From the NCBI GenBank assembly GCA_018675975.1, contig JABGXB010000003.1:203821-267820 (forward strand): 64,000 bases of DNA, given 5' to 3'. The DNA comes from Candidatus Woesearchaeota archaeon (GTDB lineage: Archaea; Nanobdellota; Nanobdellia; Woesearchaeales; JABGXB01). Positions 37,592 through 46,315 of the stretch are shown in pieces. Below the pieces are notes generated by a model. That model had not been told where the DNA came from and did not search any database. It saw only the letters and a program-made list of their open reading frames with translations. How positions within the stretch are numbered: position 1 is the first letter of the stretch; every line of letters starts with the position of its first letter. Position numbers and translations under genes: made by a program.

Positions 37592-38793
37592 AATATAATG
37601 AATTAGTATATCAACCCCAAGAAGATACTCATTTACTATTAGATTCAATTATAAAAAATATTAAAAATCAAAAATTAAATATTCTTGAAATTGGTTGTGG
37701 ATCTGGTTATGTTTCTATTAATCTATTAAAAGAATATAATAATTTAAAAATAACTTGTACTGACATAAATAAAAATGCAATTAAACTTTCAAAAGAAAAT
37801 GCTAAAGAAAATAATATAAAAATTAAATTTATTGAAAGTAATTTGTTTGAAAATATAAAACAAGAATATGATATAATTATATTCAACCCACCTTATTTAC
37901 CACAAGATAAATTAAGTTCTAAACACAGTATTGATACTGCTCTATATGGAGGGAAAAAAGGTTATGAAATCACTCATCAATTTATTGAACAAGTATATAA
38001 TAATTTAAAACCAAATGGAAAAATATTTTTATTATTGTGTTCTTTATCAAAACCTAAAACATCACTTGAATTATTAAATAAATTCAATTATGAATATAAA
38101 TTAATAAAACAAATAAAAATATTTCCAGAAGAATTATTTGTATATGAAATAGAATTTAATGAATTTTTAAAAGAAATGAAAAATAAAAAAATAAAAACTA
38201 TTGAATTTATTTCTAAGGGAAAAAAAGGTAATATATATTCCGGAAATTTAAAAAATAAAAAAATAAAAATAAAACAATTAATTGAAAACAAAAATAATCA
38301 GAGCTTTGTTACAATACAAAATGAAGTTAATTTATTAAATAAATTAAAAAAACAGAGTTTTGTTCAAAAAATAATTGAAAATACAGATAATTATTTCATT
38401 TCCAGTTTTATAGAAGGAATAACATTTGAATCCTGGCTTGAAAAAAATAAATCCAAAAATAATTTTAAAAAAATAATTTTAAAAATATTAGAAATATGTC
38501 AAATATTAGACATACAAAAAATAGATAAAAAAGAAATGGTAAATCCATATAAACACATTTTAATCGATAAAAAAGAAAATGTATATTTTATTGATTTTGA
38601 AAGAAGTAGTATTTGTAAAAATCCCAAAAACATAACTCAAGTAATAAATTATTTTTGTTCTAAAAAAATAAATGATTATTTTAAAAAATTTAATATTAAT
38701 TTAAATATAAAAATATTAAATCAATTATGTAAAAAATATAAAAAAGATTATGATGAAAAAAAATTCAAAGATATAATTAATAATTTATTTTGA
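37588..38793 (+). CDS. Fusion of a HemK/Mtq2-type (NPPY) methyltransferase with a C-terminal Bud32/RIO/Kdo-kinase-like atypical protein kinase domain
   Basis: N-terminal LEIGCGSGYVS (motif I), IIIFNPPYLPQ (motif IV), ALYGGKKGYE. The C-terminal ~200 aa have a Gly-rich loop ISKGKKGNIYSG, KIKIKQL (VAIK-like Lys), a hinge SFIEGITF, HILIDKKEN (HxDxxxxN-like) and IDFERS (DFG-like). Confidence 0.55.
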   Translation: MKYNELVYQPQEDTHLLLDSIIKNIKNQKLNILEIGCGSGYVSINLLKEYNNLKITCTDINKNAIKLSKENAKENNIKIKFIESNLFENIKQEYDIIIFNPPYLPQDKLSSKHSIDTALYGGKKGYEITHQFIEQVYNNLKPNGKIFLLLCSLSKPKTSLELLNKFNYEYKLIKQIKIFPEELFVYEIEFNEFLKEMKNKKIKTIEFISKGKKGNIYSGNLKNKKIKIKQLIENKNNQSFVTIQNEVNLLNKLKKQSFVQKIIENTDNYFISSFIEGITFESWLEKNKSKNNFKKIILKILEICQILDIQKIDKKEMVNPYKHILIDKKENVYFIDFERSSICKNPKNITQVINYFCSKKINDYFKKFNINLNIKILNQLCKKYKKDYDEKKFKDIINNLF

Positions 38794-39147
38794 ATTATTT
38801 TTAAAAGAATGTAATTTTAAATATAAATTTAATAAATTATTATTTAATTCACCATATTTTTCAAATAATTCAGGATATTTTCTTGAAGAATCTACATAAT
38901 CATCAATTTGTTTAAATGTAAACCCAGATTTATAATAATCTTCATTAATTTGAGAATCGCATGAATTAATAATTTTATATAACTCAGGTTCTATTTTTTT
39001 TATAAAAAAATAAGTCCTTGTTAATTTTGATAAATCATCTTCAAAACTAATTTTACTATTTGAAATCGTTTCTAAATTTTTTTTTTGAAAAATTAAACCA
39101 TAAAAAAAATTAAGTACTGAATTTTTTGAAAATTTATCTATTGTCAC
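38785..39147 (-). CDS. Hypothetical protein (120 aa)
   Basis: No recognisable motif. Confidence 0.35.
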   Translation of the reverse strand: MTIDKFSKNSVLNFFYGLIFQKKNLETISNSKISFEDDLSKLTRTYFFIKKIEPELYKIINSCDSQINEDYYKSGFTFKQIDDYVDSSRKYPELFEKYGELNNNLLNLYLKLHSFKNNSK

Positions 39148-39466
39148 ACTTAATCATAATTAATTTAATTTATAATAATTAAGAAACAATTTTACATGTA
39201 AAAAAACCAAAATAAATTATATAGTAGAATATAACTTAATTTATAAATTAAAAATAAATCTCAGTCATAGTGGTGGCTTGATTTATAATAATTTGATGCC
39301 TTGGGCATTGAAACGTTATAATTGAGCTTTTTGAAGTAATTGGGTATTTATATCCAATAAAAAATGATAATTGCCACCTTAACGGGTGGCATTTTTTATA
39401 TATATTTTAACAATTATTTTCTAAACTTCAAAACAAATTTATAAAGAATATTTAATTAAAATTTAT

Positions 39467-41116
39467 ATGGAAAAATTTCGAAAAGAAGATGTGAAAATAA
39501 TAGTTGTCACAGGAGGAGTTCTAAGTGGCCTTGGAAAAGGGGTTGTATGTTCTTCAATTATAAATTTAATAAAATATCAAGGTTATAATGCAACTGGAAT
39601 AAAAATTGATCCATATTTAAATGTAGATGCAGGTACAATGAGACCAACTGAACACGGTGAAGTTTTTGTAACTGATGATGGTGGTGAAACTGATCAAGAT
39701 TTAGGTAATTATGAAAGGTTTGGAGATATTAAATTATCAAAAAAAAATAGTATTACAACTGGACAAGTATTTTTATCTGTATTAAATAGAGAAAGAAATT
39801 TAGAATATGATGGGAAATGTGTAGAAGTAATACCACACATACCACAAGAAATTGAAGAAAGAATTTTTAAATCCATATTTGATAATAATTGTGAATTTGG
39901 AATTATTGAAGTTGGTGGAACTGTTGGTGATTATCAAAATATATTATTTTTAGAAGCATTAAAAGAAATTAAAAGAAAATATAATAATGTCGTTTTTACT
40001 CATGTAGGTTATTTGCCAATTTTAACTGGTGGAGAAATGAAAAGTAAACCATTACAACATAGTATTAGAATGTTAAATAGTGTAGGAATTCAACCCGATA
40101 TTATAATTGGACGAAGTGAAAATGAAATTGATGATGTTCGACGTGAAAAAATTGCAACACTTTGTTGTGTTAAAGAAGAAAATATAATTTCCGCACCAAA
40201 TGTAGATAATATTTACAAAGTTCCATTAATTTTTGACAAACAATTATTTATGCATCAAATATTTCAAAAATTTAATTTAATATATGATTCAACAAAAAAT
40301 TTAGAATGGAAAAAATTTATAGAACGAATTGGAAAAATAGAAAAAAAAATAAAAATTGGTATGATTGGAAAATATTTTGACATTGGAAGTTATTTTTTAT
40401 CAGATTCATATATATCAGTAATTGAAGCAATTAAACATGCAGGATATAATAATAATGTACATATTGAATTAACTTGGTTAAATTCAAAAGAATATGAACT
40501 AAATAAAGAAAAAATAAATGAATTATCTAAATATGATGCTATAATAATTCCCGGTGGATATGGGAGTAGTGGAGTTGAAGGTATAATTTCATCAATAAAA
40601 TTCATTCGTGAAAATAATATACCACTATTAGGATTATGTTATGGATTTCAATTAATGTGTATTGAATTTGCAAGAAATAAATGTAATTTACAAAATGCAC
40701 ATTCAACTGAAATTGATAATGAAACTGAAGATCCAATTATAGATTTACAAAAAGATCAAAAAGAAAATTTATTAAATAAAAATATGGGTGGAACAAATAG
40801 ACTAGGTGCATATTTTGCAAAATTAAAAAAAGATTCACAAGTTTATTCACTATATCATGAAGAAGTTATTAGTGAAAGACATAGACATAGATATGAAGTT
40901 AATTCACAATATATTAAAATATTAGAATCAAATGGTTTATGTTTTAGTGGAAAAAGTCCCGATGGTAATTTAATGGAATTTTTAGAATATGCAGATAATA
41001 ATTATTTTATAGGAACACAAGCACATCCAGAATTTAAAAGTAGACCATTAAAACCCAGCCCATTATTTGATGGATTAATTAAAGCTGCATTAAAAAGAAA
41101 ATCTACTTTAAATTAA
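39467..41116 (+). CDS. pyrG: CTP synthase
   Basis: N-terminus VTGGVLSGLGKG, synthetase-domain motifs, and a C-terminal class-I glutamine amidotransferase domain with GLCYGFQL (catalytic Cys) and the H...E region. Confidence 0.9.
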   Translation: MEKFRKEDVKIIVVTGGVLSGLGKGVVCSSIINLIKYQGYNATGIKIDPYLNVDAGTMRPTEHGEVFVTDDGGETDQDLGNYERFGDIKLSKKNSITTGQVFLSVLNRERNLEYDGKCVEVIPHIPQEIEERIFKSIFDNNCEFGIIEVGGTVGDYQNILFLEALKEIKRKYNNVVFTHVGYLPILTGGEMKSKPLQHSIRMLNSVGIQPDIIIGRSENEIDDVRREKIATLCCVKEENIISAPNVDNIYKVPLIFDKQLFMHQIFQKFNLIYDSTKNLEWKKFIERIGKIEKKIKIGMIGKYFDIGSYFLSDSYISVIEAIKHAGYNNNVHIELTWLNSKEYELNKEKINELSKYDAIIIPGGYGSSGVEGIISSIKFIRENNIPLLGLCYGFQLMCIEFARNKCNLQNAHSTEIDNETEDPIIDLQKDQKENLLNKNMGGTNRLGAYFAKLKKDSQVYSLYHEEVISERHRHRYEVNSQYIKILESNGLCFSGKSPDGNLMEFLEYADNNYFIGTQAHPEFKSRPLKPSPLFDGLIKAALKRKSTLN

Positions 41117-41690
41117 TATAAACATTATATTTTCTATTATCCTCAATAATTTTATTCCGATATAATGCAAATTCTAAAATAAAAAATTTATTATCTTGAC
41201 CACCAGTCAAACTATCAATATGTTTCTTAAAATCTTTCACATTATTAATAGCAAAAACAATATATCTTTTTTCCCTAAATTTTAAATCATTAATTTCAAT
41301 AATCTGTTTTTGTGTCCCAGTGGATGAAAACAAGGTTTGAAATTCCTCATTAAAAGTAGGAAAAGTTTCAGTAGGATTAGTACTATCTGCAGTTAATAAA
41401 GAGTAAATATTATTTAATTTTAATTCTAAATTAATATTTTCATTTTTTATTTGATTAACTATACCAAAATTAACTATAACTGGATCTGCTAAAGTAACTT
41501 CAAATCTATTTTGTTTAACTCCTAGAATTCCATCAAAATCAAAAGTCGTTTTTTCTCTAGAAATATCTATTGTTTTTTCCAATTGAAATATTTTTCCAAT
41601 AATAAAAAAACCAAAAACCATTATTGTAATCGATAAAATAATTACAACAATGGCATTCATTGATAATTCTATTGAACCTTTTCTTTTCAT
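41103..41690 (-). CDS. Pilin-like protein, paralog C (class III signal-peptide-like N-terminus)
   Basis: N-terminus MKRKGSIELSMNAIVVIILSITIMVFGFF has a basic tip, an early Glu and a long hydrophobic helix. It is nearly identical in pattern to 41996 and 42562, and the C-terminal domain is divergent. Confidence 0.45.
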   Translation of the reverse strand: MKRKGSIELSMNAIVVIILSITIMVFGFFIIGKIFQLEKTIDISREKTTFDFDGILGVKQNRFEVTLADPVIVNFGIVNQIKNENINLELKLNNIYSLLTADSTNPTETFPTFNEEFQTLFSSTGTQKQIIEINDLKFREKRYIVFAINNVKDFKKHIDSLTGGQDNKFFILEFALYRNKIIEDNRKYNVYINLK

Positions 41691-41950
41691 TTATTTACTA
41701 TAAATTCATATTCTTTGACTATTAAAACCATAAATAACAATAATATAATAGCACCAGATACAATAAATTTCATTCCAAGATTAAACCCTTGATAAGGATC
41801 TTGTAATGTTAAAAACAATCCATACGCCATTATAGCAAAACCAAACCATAAGAATTTATCTAATACTAATTTCATAATATCAAATTCTTCTTGTCTTGAT
41901 AATTGCTTTTTACTTGATTTAGGTCTTACTTTTCTTTTAACTTTTGCCAT
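41687..41950 (-). CDS. Small membrane protein inside the pilin-like operon
   Basis: 87 aa with a basic N-terminus and two TM helices. The gene overlaps its neighbour by 4 nt. Confidence 0.4.
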   Translation of the reverse strand: MAKVKRKVRPKSSKKQLSRQEEFDIMKLVLDKFLWFGFAIMAYGLFLTLQDPYQGFNLGMKFIVSGAIILLLFMVLIVKEYEFIVNK

Positions 41951-41995
41951 ATTTCACCTCTAATATAATATTAAAATAATAATAAAAAATTATAA

Positions 41996-42565
41996 TTACC
42001 TTTTAATTGTAATTTCTAACGGTACACTATTCTGTTTATCAGAAGATTTACAATTTCCTTCATCATCAGTTAAATCAGTAGGTTTAGTTGCACCAGCGAC
42101 AATACTTGCACAACAAACCTTAACAAACATAGATGGTTGTGGGCCCGTTTTATCATAATTTTCATTAACAGTCATAATAACTTTTGCTGCAATACCTTTT
42201 CCAAATGATAGTTTTTGTGGATCATTAACTAAAGTAAATATTAATTTATCACCAATTGTTTTATGTCCATCAACAGTAACCTGACAATATTCTTCATCAC
42301 GGGGATGAAAATAATTTATATCAAAAAACTCTTGACCTGATTTTTCAATTATAACACTTTTTGGTCTAACCTTTAAAGGGCTATCTTTTGTTGGTGGATC
42401 AATATCAGGAAAATCACTAACTATTGTAAGTAATTTAGTTTCTTGCTCTTGAAAAATAGTTTGCATAAAAACTAAAACTAATGATACAAAAACAACTGCA
42501 AGTATAATAATTACAATTGAATTCATGGACAATTCTAAACTTCCTTTTTTATTCATATAATTCAC
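41996..42565 (-). CDS. Pilin-like protein, paralog B
   Basis: N-terminus MNYMNKKGSLELSMNSIVIIILAVVFVSLVLVF. The C-terminal domain has a CC and an additional Cys (VKVCCASIV...GNC). Overlaps paralog A by 4 nt. Confidence 0.45.
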   Translation of the reverse strand: MNYMNKKGSLELSMNSIVIIILAVVFVSLVLVFMQTIFQEQETKLLTIVSDFPDIDPPTKDSPLKVRPKSVIIEKSGQEFFDINYFHPRDEEYCQVTVDGHKTIGDKLIFTLVNDPQKLSFGKGIAAKVIMTVNENYDKTGPQPSMFVKVCCASIVAGATKPTDLTDDEGNCKSSDKQNSVPLEITIKR

Positions 42566-43134
42566 CTCTTAACAACAAATGCCTTTTGAACACTTCTAAT
42601 AACATTATCCGAATCACAAACTAAACGATCAACTGACTCGCCTTTAATATTTGGAATTGATTTCGTTATTAAAGGAGTAGCACCAGTCTTACAACAAACT
42701 TCAATTTGATATACAGTTGTACCAACCGTTTGACCCATTGCAGTTATAGAAAATGCAACTTTTCCACCATCATCTAATTGAACTGTACTTGAAGGTAATA
42801 TAAATTTAACTTTAGTATCTGTAATAGTTGCTTCACTAATTGAAGCACCACATTCTTGTTTATCACCTAAATGTAAATATTCAACAGGAATTGTTCTAGC
42901 AGAACTTTCACCAATATTAATACTAACAGGATCTTCTGCTTGTACTTTTAAAGGATTCACACTTGTTGGCGGATTAACACTAGGAAATTGATCAATAACA
43001 TTTAAAACATTTTTTTGTTGTTCTCCAAAAACATTTTGAAAAAAAACTAATACTAATGATACGAAAACCACTGCTAATATAATAATTACAATGGAGTTCA
43101 TTGACATCTCCAATCCACCTTTTTTATTTTTCAT
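42562..43134 (-). CDS. Pilin-like protein, paralog A
   Basis: N-terminus MKNKKGGLEMSMNSIVIIILAVVFVSLVLVF. The C-terminal domain contains Cys (ECGAS...EVCCKTG...LVCDS). Confidence 0.45.
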   Translation of the reverse strand: MKNKKGGLEMSMNSIVIIILAVVFVSLVLVFFQNVFGEQQKNVLNVIDQFPSVNPPTSVNPLKVQAEDPVSINIGESSARTIPVEYLHLGDKQECGASISEATITDTKVKFILPSSTVQLDDGGKVAFSITAMGQTVGTTVYQIEVCCKTGATPLITKSIPNIKGESVDRLVCDSDNVIRSVQKAFVVKR

Positions 43135-43155
43135 TGTATTTCACCTATAACTATT

Positions 43156-44760
43156 TTAAAAATGTATTTTTCTTATATTTTTAACAGATACATCTAAAGA
43201 ATGAACTTTACTTCTAATAACAAGTTTATAATTACTTATTTCTTTTATTAAATGATCAATAACTTCTTTTTCACTAGCATCACTATTACCTTTAGCAGTT
43301 TCTAACATTTTTATCAATCGATCTGATAATTTAATAAAACTTTCTTTTAAATTTGCAATATCATGATATTCTTTATTTAAATAATTTACATCCTTAACAA
43401 TTAAATCAAAAAATTCAATTAAAGTTTTATCTTCATTAATAATTTCTTTTACAAGTAAATGTTTATCATTTTTACTTGCTATTACTTTTTCTTCACTATT
43501 TTTTAATGTACTTTCAATTTTTGTTAAATTAGATTCTATTAAATTTAATGAATTTTGATTAAAAGCTAAACGATTTGAATTAAAAACATCTATTTCTTTT
43601 TTAACATTTCCATATGAAGATTCAAAATTAGTTTTCAAAACATCATTTAAATGAGGATCATGTTCAACTAAAGCATCAAAAGAAAATTTAAGATCTTTAG
43701 CAGACTGATTAATAACATCTTTTAAATCATTATAATTTTCATAAATAAATTTAACTTCTTTTTTTAAACTTTCAACATAAGTAATAACTTTGTGCTCAAA
43801 TACTTTCTCAGTTTGAACCAATTCATTAATTTCTTCTTCACCTTTACTATTAATATTTTGTTCAATAGCAGTTTCAACATTAGAAGGTAAATTTCTCGGA
43901 AGTGGAATATTTAAACTACTCAAATCAAACGCCTTAGACGAATCGTGAATCATAACATTATTTTCTTCACTAGCAACTTTAGAACCACCAGTTTCTCCAA
44001 AACGCGTTTTCAATGTAGTTTCTGCATCTGTAATAAAATCTTTAAAATAAGAAGTACTCTGATTTTTCTTATTAGAAAAGAAAGTAAAAACTAAACCAAG
44101 GACTATAAAAGAAACAAATATATTAAATAATGTACCACTTGCCATATATTCAACTAAGGGATTTAATGTAAAATCTTTAATTTCTATTAAACTTTTTAAA
44201 AATTCAAACATAGTTGTAAAAATTAAATTACCTATAGCTAATGGACCAAATATATATAAAAAAAAATTTGAAATGTGATTTTCAGGATGTTTTTCTACTA
44301 AACTTGAACGTAAAGATTTTACCATACTAATAATCATAACTAAAACAACACCAAATAAAACAAAACTTAATGAACCTAATGAAAATTTAGTTAATGTACT
44401 TTCAATATCAATAATATTCGTTTTTCCAAGAATAAAAATTCCACCCACTAATAAAAAACTAAATGCTCCAATAAGAGCTTTTATTGATTTTATTTTTTCA
44501 GGATGATCAAAATGATGTAAAAATGTAATTTGTGCAATTAAGTATAAAACAAAATAAAAAAAAATTGATAATATAACAATAGTTAAACCAATCATAAGAC
44601 CAGGAATTGCTATTAAGGTTTCAATTACATCTCCAGAACCAGAAATAAAACTCATTAAAAAATCTGAAAAACCTTCTTCAGCTGCACTTACAAATGGCAT
44701 TAATGTAAATAAAAATAATGAACTTAAAAATAATGATAAACTAAACCTACCTCTTTTCAT
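43156..44760 (-). CDS. Signal-peptide polytopic membrane protein with a ~250 aa C-terminal coiled-coil domain (paralog 2)
   Basis: Signal peptide ...LMPFVSAAEEGFSDFLMSFISG, about 6-8 TM helices and a long K/E-rich helical cytoplasmic tail. It is a paralog of 44817. Confidence 0.5.
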   Translation of the reverse strand: MKRGRFSLSLFLSSLFLFTLMPFVSAAEEGFSDFLMSFISGSGDVIETLIAIPGLMIGLTIVILSIFFYFVLYLIAQITFLHHFDHPEKIKSIKALIGAFSFLLVGGIFILGKTNIIDIESTLTKFSLGSLSFVLFGVVLVMIISMVKSLRSSLVEKHPENHISNFFLYIFGPLAIGNLIFTTMFEFLKSLIEIKDFTLNPLVEYMASGTLFNIFVSFIVLGLVFTFFSNKKNQSTSYFKDFITDAETTLKTRFGETGGSKVASEENNVMIHDSSKAFDLSSLNIPLPRNLPSNVETAIEQNINSKGEEEINELVQTEKVFEHKVITYVESLKKEVKFIYENYNDLKDVINQSAKDLKFSFDALVEHDPHLNDVLKTNFESSYGNVKKEIDVFNSNRLAFNQNSLNLIESNLTKIESTLKNSEEKVIASKNDKHLLVKEIINEDKTLIEFFDLIVKDVNYLNKEYHDIANLKESFIKLSDRLIKMLETAKGNSDASEKEVIDHLIKEISNYKLVIRSKVHSLDVSVKNIRKIHF

Positions 44761-44816
44761 ATTATATTTTTAGATTATTTCCTTTATAAAATTACCCCTT
44801 AGAATCAGTTAAAAAA

Positions 44817-46187
44817 TTATAATTTACGAGGTAATTCCATGTGTCCTAATTGTACAATTTTTCTTTTAAGCATTTTTATTTTTGGTGCAATAAGTTTAGC
44901 TAAACTACTTTTATTTTTATCACATAAAGTAATAGAATCCTCAGAGATTGAAGGATCAATACAATAAATTTCTAAATTTTCTAAATGATGAACTAAAGAA
45001 TTTAAATCTGAAATAAATTTATGTTCATGATTTGCAATTTCTCTATAATCATGTATTTCATTATTTAAAAATTTATTAAAAATTTTATTACAAACGTCTT
45101 TTAAATTTTCATCAACACCAGAATCTAATAAATGATCTTCACTAATAATTGTTTTTTTTAAATTAGATGCTAATTTTTTTTCAATTGAATTTAAAAAATC
45201 AAAATATTTTTTAGAACTTGATCGTAAGTTATGAATTACTGAAGTCAAACCATCAATTGTATTATTAAAACTCACTTCACTAGAATGACTACCTGTTAAA
45301 GTTATATTATGAAGCTTTGATAAACCCATCATATGTTCTTGAAATTCATCCGCAATACTTTTTTTATCACGAATTAATTCATTAATTTTACTAGAAATTT
45401 CATTTTCATGTTTTTTTAAATTACCAACAGCTTGTTTTGGAGGAATATTTGAAAAACCATCCATGTAATTATAATTCAAATTACTTGAAGTCTTACCAAA
45501 CCAAACAACAATTAATGTAATTACTATAATAATTAAAGGTAAATAAAAAAAGAAACTTTGATTTAATACATAACTAATAATAAGTCCCCCAAATTCATCA
45601 CCACCAGATGTAATCACACCATCTTCAATACTGACATTTGCAATTAAACTAATTACTCCCATTAAAAGTGATTTAAATACAACATATAATGTAATTACTG
45701 CCATTGAAATTGAAAGCACATAATATTCACCAGCTGAATGAGTTAAATTATCTCTAAAAAAATCTCTTAATTTTGTATAAACATCATATGAAAATAATAC
45801 ACATAAAAATAATAAAACATATGAAATAGTAAAAAATGAAAAATTAGTAAAAGCTTTTTCAACATCTGCAACATTATCTCTACCAATTACCATAAAAGTT
45901 AAAACCAAAATTACACTCAATGCAGTTAATAATTTATTAACTGTATTTTCATGAGAACTATAAAAATTAGAATTAACTGAACTGACTATTAAAAGTAATG
46001 CTTTGTATAAAAATATAGTAAATACAATAATTAAAATAAATATAATAAAACCATCAGTTGATAAAAATTGAGTAAAACTTGTATTAAAACCAGTCAAAAA
46101 CTCAGAAATAAATGTTGTAAAATCACCTTCCGTAGCACTAACAAATGGAATAAATGTAAATAGCATTAATAATAATTTTTTAAACAT
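44817..46187 (-). CDS. Signal-peptide polytopic membrane protein with a C-terminal coiled-coil domain (paralog 1)
   Basis: Signal peptide ...FIPFVSATEGDFTTFISEFLTG, multiple TM helices and a helical C-terminal tail. First gene of the minus-strand operon. Confidence 0.5.
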   Translation of the reverse strand: MFKKLLLMLFTFIPFVSATEGDFTTFISEFLTGFNTSFTQFLSTDGFIIFILIIVFTIFLYKALLLIVSSVNSNFYSSHENTVNKLLTALSVILVLTFMVIGRDNVADVEKAFTNFSFFTISYVLLFLCVLFSYDVYTKLRDFFRDNLTHSAGEYYVLSISMAVITLYVVFKSLLMGVISLIANVSIEDGVITSGGDEFGGLIISYVLNQSFFFYLPLIIIVITLIVVWFGKTSSNLNYNYMDGFSNIPPKQAVGNLKKHENEISSKINELIRDKKSIADEFQEHMMGLSKLHNITLTGSHSSEVSFNNTIDGLTSVIHNLRSSSKKYFDFLNSIEKKLASNLKKTIISEDHLLDSGVDENLKDVCNKIFNKFLNNEIHDYREIANHEHKFISDLNSLVHHLENLEIYCIDPSISEDSITLCDKNKSSLAKLIAPKIKMLKRKIVQLGHMELPRKL

Positions 46188-46315
46188 AAATAAAATTGAG
46201 TTTTATCATTTATAAAAACTTCTTTTTTTAAAAGATAGTCAAAAAGAACAAAATAACTCAATATTCGCAAACAAAGACTAAAAACAACTCAAAAACAGAT
46301 ATTTATTTAAAAGAA

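Noticed and set aside
39230-39420. Possible C/D-box sRNA or tRNA in the pyrG upstream region
   Set aside because: A C-box-like AUGAUAA is present but there is no appropriately placed D box (CUGA), and there is no T-loop/acceptor complementarity for a tRNA. It is kept only as a generic structured-RNA candidate in the findings.
41103-46187. Calling the 41-46 kb operon an archaellum (fla) or canonical Tad/type IV pilus locus
   Set aside because: No FlaI/PilB ATPase, FlaJ/TadC platform protein, FlaH/KaiC-like protein or prepilin peptidase is present in or near the operon. The two large membrane proteins have signal peptides and coiled-coil tails that do not fit those families. It is reported as an uncharacterised pilin-like module instead.
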